From Haplodiscus bocki (lineage: Eukaryota), in assembly GCA_965655095.1 (NCBI GenBank), contig OZ296649.1:113460001-113524000 (forward strand): 64,000 bases of DNA, written 5' to 3'. Shown piece by piece: positions 1 to 12,100 of the stretch (its first letter is position 1; each line of letters begins with the position of its first letter). Both the position numbers and the translations under genes were made by a program. The notes under the pieces were generated by a model. That model searched no databases and was not told where the DNA came from. It was given only the letters and a program-made list of their open reading frames with translations.

Positions 1-469
1 AAACCTAAACATCAAATAGATTACAAAAAGCGAAGACAGAATAATAAATTTTCTAAAAGACTATCATATGCAAACAAAAAGATTAAACAAATAAATTATT
101 CTATGATGCATACAAGGTATAAATCAGTAAAAGAGATGATTAACAAATTACAAAAATTGAAAGTGAATACAAAATTGAAATTCCATCAAAACTTTAGCCA
201 TTATGATAAAATGTGTTATCTTAAACAAAACGCAGACTTTTATTTTGAAATAGATGCTTTTAGTAAAGATACACAAGGTATAACAATGATTATGCATGAA
301 GCTTTTTAATAATTGAAATTTTCCGACAAAACCACAAATTAGGATTGAACATATAAATTATTATGACATGTATTATACTACAATTCCGAAATTATCAAAC
401 GAGGGAGAGAATTCAGGTTTCCTAAAAATTAATTCATGCTTTTCCTCCCAAAAAAAGAGGCTCGAAACA

Positions 470-3400
470 AAAACTACAGCAAATGCAAAAATTGCAATAT
501 TGATATCCATAGAGCATCATTGGCAAAACATTTGAGAACTAAGAAACATTTAGAAAAATAAGAATTATTCCCACTAACTTTTTTAATGACTCCGATGGAT
601 CCGACAAAATCAAACCAAAAAATACAATCAAAAATAATTAAAAGAAATAGCGAGAGCAAAAATTAAAAGTGATCATAAACAACTAAAATAACAAAGTGCC
701 AGAAGAAAAATCAACCGGTATTATTTTGATGAAAAGTATAAAGCTCGTATTATATTAACTTAGATAGTGATCATATTATTCATTTAAATTCTAAATTAAC
801 CATTTCACAAGAACATTTAGAAAGTAGATAATATATATATTTATGCAGGAATAATGAAACAATACAAATTTAAATATCAGTGTTTCTAGCAAAATTTGAT
901 AAGCAAGAGGAAGATGGTCAAATACTCGATAAAACTTAATTATATATCAATTTAAAGAACATTCACAGCTTAACACAACCGGATTTTGATAATATTAACA
1001 TTCGACATCAATTAGAACCACGAATACAAAATTAAGAATTGAAGGACAGCGGATGGCGATTCGATAAAATTAATACAATGACAATAAAATTCTATAACAC
1101 TACTGAATTAAACAGTTCAAATGATGGAAAAATTCCTATACGTTCTCCAGCTATCTTAAATATTGAAAATGATGATAAATATTGTTTCCTTTGGTCAATA
1201 TTAGCTCATCTTCATCCTTGTGAAAAAATTAATCATAACAGAGTAACAAATTATAAGCAAAATTTTAATGAATTGAACAATGATGGATTTGATTTTTCAA
1301 AAAAACTTATATGTACTGATACGCATATAATTGAGAAATTAAGTAATTTATCTGAAAATTCATTCATCTGAAACTTAGTTTTAATAAAGATGGAATTGAT
1401 TGGAAACACAGATTATTTCCTCATAAAACTAGTTTTAAAAAATTCAGAAGGCGCCGTTGGTTTAAAGATAGAAAAGTATCATTATGTCCTCATCAAAAAG
1501 TTAATGTCTTTATAGGACAAAATTCTACTTATGTTTGTAGACGGTGTTTAAGTTCTTAAACAAATCAAAATATCATCTTGAAACACAAACAAAAATGTGA
1601 ACAGAAATAACTTATATTACGGTATCAACTGATTCTCATCGACATTGCAGAAAAAATTCTGAAAAATCCATTTTTATTTCAGAAGTTGGGCAGATTTTGA
1701 AGCTGATGAAGAAATCGATAATTCTGATATGGGCTACAAAACAACTAACATCTATAAACAAAAACCTGTATGTAATGGGTAATAAAAAGTTTCAGAATTA
1801 AAGGATGTCTTACAAAGTGGTTATTATAATTCTCCTTCAGAAAATGATATTGTAGACTGGTTTGCAAATGAAGCTAATAAAATTAGAAAACAAGATGAGC
1901 TTCTTAAAAACACAGAGAAAGATTTCATCATGACTGAAGAAGATGAAGATTTTAAAAATAATATCATTTGTTGATTTTTTGGGAAAAAAATATAATAATT
2001 CGGATAGGGATCATCATCTTGTAACGGGCAATTAGAGAGGTCCAATACATGAAAAATGTAATTTAAACGTGAAACAGAAACAAAGCAATTTTAGTCCATT
2101 TGCATTTCATAATTGTGATTGTCATCTATTCTTCAAATAATTATATGATAAAAACAAAGATAGTATTAAATTAGTAGTAAATCCTAGAACTAATGAAGAA
2201 TCAATGTCGGTATCGTATGGTAAATTTACTATTCAAAGATAGCTATCCATTTTTATCAAATAATTTAGATAAAATAGCTAAATCACTTATAGAAATCAAA
2301 CATTGAATATCTAAAAGTTTTAAAGAATTAGAGAATTAGAAAATCTAGTAAACAACAATAAAAATGAAAAACATTCGATTGACATTTCAAACGAAAAATT
2401 CCTTCATAAAACAGAAAAATTAGAAGAAGCTATAAACGAAGATTTATCTGAAACTACTCCCCTCAATTTTTTAAGAAACGAAATTGCCGAAAATCGGACG
2501 ATATCAAGTACAAAATTAGCTCATCGATATGAATACTTCAAAAGCATTGAAGAGTATAGTTTACCTGTTGACAGTTTAAAAAAGAAGACTAACTTAATAA
2601 ATTGAAAAACGAATGCCCTAATATTGAAAAAATAGAACGAACAAAAAATTATTGAGAAATTTGATATTAGAAATGGGATAGAGCTAACTCACATATATTC
2701 AAAATTACTTTTAGTAATGGTTATATAAGAAAATTTCATCGAAGTATCAATGAAGGAGTTTTAAAATCATTTCTTGGTCTTCTGTAAGCACCTGGATATA
2801 ATTAGGAATGTGGTTTGAAACGCACTAATATTAAGCTTCAGACACTTCAAGACAAAGAAATGATTCTTTTACTTGAGAATAATATTAGAGGTGTAATTTC
2901 GTCAGTAATGGGAAATTGATATGCGAAATCACATGAAAATAAAAAAATATTATACATAGATGCAATAAATTTATACGGTTGGGCAATGGTTTAAAATCCA
3001 CCTCATAATGAAACTAAATTTGATCATAATCATAAAATAAAAGACACTTTCAATACCTCTGATGATTCGGACATTGGTTATTTCCGTGAAGTTGATTCGA
3101 AGTATCCAGATGAAACAAAAAATAAGACAGAACATTTCCTTTTTCTTCCGGATAATAAAGTTAGTCCTCAAATTAATCTTAGTGATTATGTGAATAAAAC
3201 CAAATCGAAGACTTATACTTCATACAAAAAAACTAATTTGTGATAGGAGTGACAAAAAAGTTATTTGACTCACTAATGTCAAATGTTAAAATTTTATGTT
3301 AAACATGGTAATGTTGTTTAAAAAGTTTTTATTTTTTATATTTTTATAGGTTTTTATAACTAAGATTTGTACAAATATTAAATCACCCTTTTTACGGTAA

Positions 3401-3930
3401 AGCAGTGAAAAACATTAGAAATAGAACAAAAATAGAATTCATTTAAAAAGGATGAGAAAGATAAAATGGTTAAAATGCAATCAAAATTAACACTCATTGG
3501 CGTCCATGAATCTTATGAAAAATATGATAGCTTTACATTCAAACAAAACGAAGTTCTAATGGATGAACCGATAAATTTAGGATTTAGTGTATTAGATCTT
3601 AGTAAACTACTAATGTGTGAAACATATTGTGATAAAAGGCAGCCATATTTTGGGGAGTATAATATAGAATTACATTATATGGATACTGAATCGTTTGTAA
3701 TTAGCATTAAATCAAAGGATGTTATTAAAGACCTATATAATACGAGTGATTCATTCGATTTCAGTAATTCAAACAAAGAAAATAAATTATTTAACAACAA
3801 AAACAAAAAAGTGGTTGGTAAATTTGAAATTGAAAGAAAAATTGGATAGATGAATTTATTTGTGTGAGAAGTAAAGCGTATTCATTTATATGTACAAGTG
3901 TACAACAAAAATATATTAAAAAGTATTCAA
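470..3930 (+). pseudogene. Decayed protein-primed family B DNA polymerase (pPolB) of a Polinton/Maverick (adintovirus-like) element, AT-rich lineage
   Basis: Motifs in expected order across stops and frameshifts: C2H2-like finger CKNC..HLRTKKH (~480-550); KDSGWRFDKINTM..NIENDDKYCFLWSILAHLHP (1039-1371); exonuclease ADFEAD (~1690); EndoVII-like DHHLVTG..GPIHEKCN (~2010-2060); ENNIRG (~2875); YIDAINLYGWAM (~2950-2990); FYGKA (~3390); LHYMDTESF (3466-3849 ORF). Confidence 0.88.
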
Positions 3931-3934
3931 TGAA

Positions 3935-4015
3935 AAGGGTTCGACCGGTCAAACTAGAAGACTTAAACTCTCCGATGACATCACAACATGCAAATTTTTG
4001 ACAGGATAAAAGAAC
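3935..4015 (+). repeat. Fragment of dispersed repeat family R1, at the pPolB truncation point
   Basis: aaactagaagacttaaactctccgatgacatcacaacatgcaaatttttgacaggataaaa resembles 37523-37583, 42287-42340 and 49600-49657. Confidence 0.65.
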
Positions 4016-5220
4016 TTCATGAGCCTTTCAGTCAGAATGGGTAAAAGCATGGGAATTTTTGGTTATCCGATATACGAGTTTAAGTTAAAAAAACGGCTAA
4101 TACTTCAAGAGGCTTATACGAAATTTGATAGCTCGTATAACGGAAATAACCAGAAAAATGATGCAGAGTTTAACTTTTCATCAAAAGTCAATAAACCCTT
4201 TATTACAGGAATTTCTGGCTATTTCACAAATTTCATGATGCAGTGATTTTTAGGCGAAATTGTATTTGGCCAATGGGTTCCCGACATCAGTATTTTTGAA
4301 TCCGTTGGCACTTTCGAATTTATACACTTTTTAAGAAATTCATGCGAAATTTTTTATACGGTTAAACGTTATACGGTTGCAGGGCTGCGATGAATCCACA
4401 TTTTTGAAGAGTTGATGTCTTTCGATAGTGGCAACTAATTAAACAGCATTTTTGCAACATACTCACATTTTCCCACAGCCAATGTACATGGTTGTGTCGT
4501 CAGGGTAAGAAGTAATTTGTTTCTGGGCAATGTCTTTGCGTCTGCACTTTTGCTGCAAATCGGCTATTTGCTGGTCTGCTAAATTTACTCTGTTCTGAGT
4601 CTCCACAACTTTTAACTGCAAATCGTTAAATGCCTAAAATTGGACAGAACAAATAATTTTAGCTCACCTCGGCATGTCTGTACAATCTACAATAAATTCA
4701 GCGAGTAGACCTGAGAATCCGCTACACCAGTTTTTGAAACTAAGGGACCAAGGATATAATGAACGGGAGGTGCCCAGAATGAGCATACACTTTTTCGCTT
4801 GCTCTCAAAATAATTCCCGTTTAGGTCTGCCGCTCATTACGATCATTTCTTCCTGGCGCAACCGCATCTCGTTTTAGTAACAAAGAAACAAAAAGCTAGA
4901 AGACAAGTCATTAAGTTATCTCAATGCCCAAAAAACGGTAAGTAAACTATCAACTCCCGGGTTGAAGTCCCAGAGCAAATCAGCGCTGTTTTTACTATCT
5001 CTGAAAATCAGTTTTTCAGCTCCAGTTCCGATTCTTTCACATGTAAAACCTCGACATAGATGTACTTCGAAATAATTCGGAAAAATTGTGGAAAATTAAC
5101 AAAACTGTCTCTGCATCCAAAAAATCAGCTGATTCTTAGCTCTGAAAACTTGGCTTTCATGCCCTTGAGCCGTTTGAACAGTTTGTAGTTTTGCGCGACT
5201 AAAAAAGCTATTGTACAGTA

Positions 5221-6610
5221 TACAGTAGTGATTTTAATTAAGTGAACTTCTGAGCAAAAATTAGCATTTTTGGAGCCAAAAATCTTAAAACTAGGTTTTC
5301 AAGAAAGTAGGAGGAACAAAAGTTTCCTTGAAAAATTTTCTTGAATTTTTGGTAAGATTATGAAGGTTTTAATTGATTAAAATCGGACAAATGTTCACAG
5401 AGTTAAGATCCCCACTTTTGGGCATTTTCACCAATTTTTCAGTGGTTAAATCAAATTGTTTTCTTGAATTTTTCTAATTAAGTTTGCCATCAATCCCCCG
5501 ACGGCATGGTATTGAATTTTTGCTGAAACAATTGGGATTCTTCCGTTATTCCCCCGCCCTACTGACAATATTATTATCCCCCCTAGCTGATGCTCAGCTG
5601 AGCAGTATGGTTCAAGTTTCTGTTTAATAAAGTTATTGCAAATACCTGTTTGTTTACTTTAACTAGCTTCAGTCAGCTTCTTGGAAAGTATTTGAGATTT
5701 GTGAATTGTATGCACTGTCTACTGACTCGCAAAAGACGTATTCAGTGAATACACTGGTAGCAGCAGCTACAGCTTCGACTGGGGGAGGGGAAATAATGGA
5801 AAAGACCTAAATTATTTTCTGTTTTCAAAAATTCACGGTTTTCAGGTGTCAAAGATGCAATTTACATGTATCAAGATAGGGTATAGTGATTTCACTTCCC
5901 CCTATAGGCGTGAACTTTTCAAGTAATGATTTTTCAACACAGAAGGAACGCTGTGCTTCGCAACACTTGCGCCGACGGAATACAACTGAGCGAATTGAAC
6001 AAGTAAAACTGATTTTCAAAAAGGCCACAGTACAACCAAAACTACTGATTAAAGGATTAAACAGAAATTTAATTAACTCAGTCAATTGTTAAAAGCTTAT
6101 ATACAAGTGTAACCAGTATAACAGCTATTTGCCTTACATTTAATTAGAACAAGCGTGCAGGCTGAAAAATAGGCCAAGTGAACAAAGTTTTGCAAGAAAG
6201 AGCGAGCGCATGAAGCAAATCTAGGCAATATATTGGAATCTAGGCACAAATGCGAGTTTAGTGAACGGGTCGGAAAAAAAGCCGGTGATAACACTTGCTT
6301 GCGCAAGCGAAAAATTTGTAAAAACCGAATGTTTGAGGCCACATTCTAAGCTAGAAATTTGATACTGGACGTTTATCTGTATCTTTTGTAGGTTATAAGA
6401 CTTTTGAGAAAAACTTCAAATTTTTCCGGAATCAGGGGTGTTAAAACTTTTTGAAGAGTAGTCCAATTCTAAAACAAAAACACTGATAAAATCTTATGAA
6501 AATCTATAACTTTTGATCTTGCTGTTTCCTCGTAAATTTGATGTGCGTTGAAAAATTGACCTCGAAATTTTCCAAAGTTTTGCTCAGGAGTTCACTTAAT
6601 TAAGATCAGC
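5221..6610. mobile_element. Putative non-autonomous DNA transposon (MITE-like) bounded by inverted repeats
   Basis: 5229-5259 tgattttaattaagtgaacttctgagcaaaa is the reverse complement of 6578-6608 at 29/31 positions. The left end starts TA-CAGT, as in Tc1/mariner. No internal ORF recognised. Confidence 0.45.
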
Positions 6611-8185
6611 ACAGCAATAGTCGGGCACTTTCTTATTACAAAAAAGTTCTTCGCATGATCATGTCAAGTCCTACCTTTTTCAATTCTGGGTCTGCCATAC
6701 CCGCCGAGCTCATTACTTTCTGAAATACAAACCATTCAATAACCTGGTAATGAATGCGTCAAGATGGATTCCTTGACTATTTTACTCTCTTCAGATGTAA
6801 CTACAAAAATTGTTCATTCGGAGAAAAAAGTCCTTTCTAATGATTTTGTAAAACTGTCTACAATCCTACAAGTCTCATCTATCGTTATACTTCTGAAAAC
6901 AAAACTTGATGAAACAGCAAACAGCCAGCAAGAATATGAAAATTTTGTAGCCATCGATTATTTGAGGGAACAATTAAAGCTACCCGGACGCTGAGAGTGC
7001 GTGATATTGCAGTATTTTGTTCCACGAGTGCAACTCTGCTTTTAAGTTGAAAATGAAAAGGAACACCTGACAGTGAAGAGTTCAATTATGAAAAGCTGAG
7101 ATTATCGCTAGTCCTACATCTCTACCCACTTGATCAAACTATACATCAGAAAATTGGGGAAAAAGGAGTTATGAGAGAAAATAAGTTTTCTGTAATTCGA
7201 TGTACGTACGGCAAGTAAGCTAAAATTAGAATTAAATCGAATTGATCAATATTTGATGATTTCTATCTATACAACAGCGGTTAGCGGCGACAAGAGTTAA
7301 TAGGAGACTAAAACAGACGGTGGCAAGCTTCTGATGACTCGACTCCTCGACCAGACCATCCAAGCCAGCAGCAGCAACAACAGTCCGTCCTCTTGTAAGA
7401 CAGGTTCAGTTTTCGTTTCATTCTATCACAACTATCAATGTGTATTAATATGAAAAGTGGTAGCATAAGAAGTAGCATCGTCAGTAATGACCAGGGATAT
7501 TGTCGGTTATTCACTCCCTCCCGCCCAGTAACCAAATATATTCACCCTCAAAGTATTAGAGAAGGATCAATGACTCTCTTCTGATGGCCCAAAATATTTT
7601 TCGGCACGAAGTGAACATTGTAACGCTAACGGTTTCATTATTTTTTCTTTAAAAAATTGCATGTATGGTAGGTAATTCACGGGGGGTGTTAGTAACCGAG
7701 AAGACCCAAGCAGGTGTTGATCGTTGATCATGGCAATAACAATTACAGCAACGGGTTAAAACAACAGGTTCCAGACTGTTACCAAAAATCCACTCCAGAT
7801 GTGATCTCAAAATTACAAAGCTGTAAATAGAATGATAAAGTAATTAGGGGTCACTGAAAAATGACGCCTAGCTTGGAACCCATTTTTCCCCGGTCAAAAA
7901 TGTAGCAAAGCTTATTTTGGAGATTTAGGCAAAATATGAAAGCAACAAAAGTACAAAACTTAAAAATATCCTAATTTCACATCAATTCAAAATTCACGGT
8001 CATGTATTTCATTTATGTTTCCATGGTCTTTGTTTTCTCCATTCTGTAAATTATTCCATCCATCAACAAGTAAAATTCAGCAGTCATTGCAAATTTAACT
8101 TTCAAAATTTATCTCGAGTGTTAGATAAATTCAGAATGGAATAAGACATCTAGAAGTCAGCGGTTAAAACAAGGATGCAGATATT

Positions 8186-8191
8186 TTTATT
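8186..8191 (-). promoter_or_regulatory. Candidate polyadenylation signal AATAAA of the USP32-like gene
   Basis: tttatt on the + strand, about 620 nt downstream of the stop at 8812. Position is the only support. Confidence 0.3.
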
Positions 8192-8811
8192 AATTCAAAC
8201 CAAGTTTTTCAATCATCGTGAACAGCAAGCTATAAATAGGGAATACATGGAACAACACAACTCTTTAATGGTAAGATTTAATAATGCAATAGACTTGATT
8301 AAAATAAATCAGTTCTAAAACTGTAAACATTCCAGGCGATAAAACATAGCACCGATAATTCAGAAAACTGAAAGAAAAACAAAACTATTTGGCACCTGGA
8401 ATTCTCTAGTACTTTCCATTTTCCGAAATTGCTCACATGCCAAAGAATCTTCCGATTGCGCCTCGCTTTTAGAATCAAAACGATACGTTTCGTATCTGAA
8501 TATATCTCTTGATCAGAATCATTTCTGAAGCTATTCATTGAGATATTGCTGACTTAATTTCATATACGGAAAGACTTCATACAGAACTGGGTACTTTGTT
8601 CTTAATTTAGAAAATCTTTTTGCATAAAAAAATTAAAGGTAGATGACGAACGGAGCAAACGGAGAAAGAAAACATACCGATTAACTAATGATTTTCAAAT
8701 ATTTTGGCATCATCAACAATATCACATGACATCAAGTCAGGGAAACATCACGACCACCTCAGAGGACGGTGCTTTGCCGCGGATTGTCAAACGCCATAAC
8801 TTCGAATAACG

Positions 8812-9102
8812 TCACTGGATGAAGCAGTTTCTACGATTATCTGAAGACGAGCTCAAGAATGAGGCAGGATTGGACTGGAAATCAGTTGGGTTGATGATAG
8901 GTTGCTTCATGTCGACAGTGGGTAAAAACCGTTCAATGTTTATTTTGCTCAACTCGTAGAACAAAAGGTACGTGGTTTCCAGGGGTAAGCTGCTCACAGG
9001 GACTTCTTTGCAGGTATTGTCGTCAAAACAAAACCACTTCTGATTCAGAGGATTTCGACACACTGAGACGTAATGCCCGTTCGATAAGTTGCCCGAGTGA
9101 CA
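8812..9102 (-). CDS. USP32: USP32-like exon 15 (last): His box, FDDN, CaaX
   Basis: tttcag|TGT CAC TCG GGC.. = [39 protein letters not shown]; 291 nt, phase 0. Confidence 0.93.
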   Translation of the reverse strand, partial: CHSGNLSNGHYVSVCRNPLNQKWFCFDDNTCKEVPVSSLPLETTYLLFYELSKINIERFLPTVDMKQPIINPTDFQSNPASFLSSSSDNRRNCFIQ

Positions 9103-12100
9103 CTGAAATTAATGAAAAAACCAAAACTTGATTTGAAAGTCTGAGTTTGCGTCCTCTTTCAGTTAAACGAATCAAACTCACATTCTATATATTGACGAAA
9201 TGGATTTAGTTTCACAATAGTTACAAAAATGTTTGAGATAGCGACCCAAATTAACTTGAAATAACTAACTGACACACTGAAGAGTCGGTAATTGAAATAC
9301 TCATCTAGCTTGAACTTATCAACATCAGGACTATTCTGCTCCTCCGTGTCATTTTTCTCCGCCTCTTGTATACACTCGGCTCTTAATCCGTTAGTAAAAC
9401 AATTATTATTCACACCAGTTGCGGTATTCTCTGTTTCTGAGAAGCTGGAAACGTCGACAGGGTGCATTCCAGAATTGATCCTGGCAAATTCTTTGTTCAG
9501 CTGATGAGCTCCAGGGGATACGAAAGGCAACATGTTGAGATATTCAACGGGGAAAATGATTTTTCTGTGACACTTTATCCATCGTAATGAGCCATTCAAA
9601 CTCGGCTGTTCGTAGCGCTTCAAGTGGATGATGAGTGTGGGAGGTGCTCTCCAGATGTGGTGACTCAAAGTGATTTTTGTAGACTTGCATTTGGGACAAG
9701 CACTGAAATCTGTGATGGTTTGTTCTTTCACTAGTAAGCTCAGACAGTCGTCCAAACTCAAGTTCTGCTTCTGCGCTTTTTCACAATCGGCCACACTTTT
9801 ATGCTCCTGGTATTCCTAAAACATTACAGGTGTTGCAAATATTAGAGTGATATGACATGATTGTCAGATATAAGTAATAATAACACCCCGTCAAATTCTC
9901 AGCGCCGTTGTTTTGTTAATATTTAACTATGATTCAAGTACCTTCGAGTGCCCTAATTAAAACAAAACGTGTATTTAATAAAAGACATAACTCTCTTATC
10001 TAGTGTATTTCATACGTACTAAATTTTCTCTGCCTGTTTCTGTTATCATTGTCATAACTCTCCGTGAATAGCAAAAGTGTAATTTACATACAGTTTCTTC
10101 ACCCTCGCGTTCATTTTCTTAGTACATTTTATAAACTGCCCGTTTTACACTCACGTCAATTCTCTCTGTCCTACTGACCCGACCCTTGCCCCAAAACCCT
10201 GGAACTTCTTGACAAATTTATTGCTTTATTATTCCCAATCATACAACCGATTTGAGCTAGAAGACAACACCAGCCGCTCAAGAGCCCTTTCAGAAAGAAG
10301 GCAACTCCAGCCGCTCAAGAACCCCTTTTGGAAGAAAAAGACTTGTACAATTATGTAAGTTTATAATACAAACCTGATTCTAAAACTTCAAAAACCCTTG
10401 TCTTTCTTAATTTATATTCTTTCCTAAAAAGCCAAAAACATTTTTTTTATTCACTTGAGTTATCCCGCTAGAAACCATAAACTAAAAACACCTAAATAGT
10501 AATTTTATAAATTACTGAATTCCTTTTAAAATAACAGTCGTCCTCCGTATCCGGACTAAAATAGAGTTCTAGCAATTGACTTGAATAATACGACTGTTAC
10601 AGTGAAATCAAAACATAGCCCCCCAAGGCGGATAAGACTTCGAAAATTTTGAATTTCTCACTTGTACAATGTCACCGCTACTATGGTGGTCCATCCTGTA
10701 CTCCCACGCACCTTTGCTGCGTTTTGATTTTTTTCAGGTTTTTCAAAGGTCGCACGCAATCGAGGTCGCAAAATTCCGTACGAAAAACCGTCAAAAAAAC
10801 AAGAACCGAGTAAGACTATATATAGTTCGTAAAATTGAAATTTTCCAAAGTCCTAAAAATGAGCCTGATTTTGTTTCCCAAAAACGATAGATTGGAAAAA
10901 TGGCAAATCTTTCGAGATTACATACAGCATTAAATCGGGTTGATGAAAATTCCGTTAAACTAGAATATGTAAAATGTTTTCTCTTGTGAATAGCGCTGAC
11001 GAATGCTCTGCAAAACACAATTCGAGACAAATTACCACCACATTCTGATTTTTACGACACAAAATGGGCATTTCTAAAACCTTACACACAAATTGCAATG
11101 GGAGTTATTACGAAAAGAAAACGTATTATAAGCCACTTGAAATCAACTTCTCAATCACTCAAGAGTTCTATCTATTTACTCATCGCAAAGGCGAAAATCT
11201 ACAGAGAAAGGCTCATTACCTTGAGAAAACATATTGACAAGCTTGGTGATCTGGCACTAACTTTTTCAGCAGAAAACTTGTATCTCAAGTGTAAAGTAGT
11301 AATGTCCCACTCGATGGCCAGAAAATAAAGCGTATTGTGAGCAGTGCAGTTGAAGTTGGAAGTTGTTGATACTGAAGGAACTGTTGTCGTTTCATTGGCA
11401 ACTGTAGAACAAGAATTGGTTCTCGGAGGCAACTCAAAGAGTTTGTCATTCGACTCCACGATGCAGCCTTTGCACACTTTATTCCACGGACAGTTCCAGC
11501 ATTTAAGAGAGTTGGATGAGTTCTGGTTGTACGATGGACTACCAAAACCGTTCGAGCCTCCGTACGAACTTCCAGAGTAAGCTACTCTCCGCAGAGAGAA
11601 AAGATGACATCCGCTTCCTAGAGGCTTCTCATCACTAAACCAAAACTATTTTAAAATGATAAAGATTCAGAAGCAAGGTAACAAAATCTGTGGTAAATAA
11701 AGGTCCCTACTGCCAAATTTTTGATAGATTCATCCTTAAACAAGCCATGCTTATATTATACAAACATTTTAAGACAAAATTTTGGCATGTAGCGATTGAT
11801 TTCATGGACTATGTCATTAAAACATACCTGCCTAAGGCGGATACTACTTTAGAAAATTTTTGGTATGACCGTTTTAGGGATTTTTTGGCAATGGCAGTGT
11901 GGTTGAAGGTATTAACTTCGTTCTCCGAGGTTTTAAAACAAAATCCATTTTACAACAGAATTTTTTTCCACTTTGCGAAGACTTCACTCAAAACTTTGGC
12001 AAAAAGTTTCCCAGGAACATTGATAGGTGTACTCAAGCTTATAAAAATTTACAAATAGTTCCTATTTAACCTCTATACCCATGTTAGATTATCTCAATTC

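Noticed and set aside
1-3930. Stop-codon reassignment explaining the interrupted polymerase
   Set aside because: Frameshifts, a deletion and decayed catalytic motifs (DTES for DTDS) indicate pseudogenisation; USP32 reads cleanly in the standard code.
7308-7535. Minus-strand ORF with a CCCCC run as a Cys-rich peptide
   Set aside because: It comes from a short cag/caa microsatellite, has a non-ATG start and no other support.
10800-10870. Similarity among 10800-10870, 38480-38545 and ~44560-44640 as a splicing-regulatory element
   Set aside because: More simply explained as fragments of another dispersed repeat; positions relative to exons are inconsistent.
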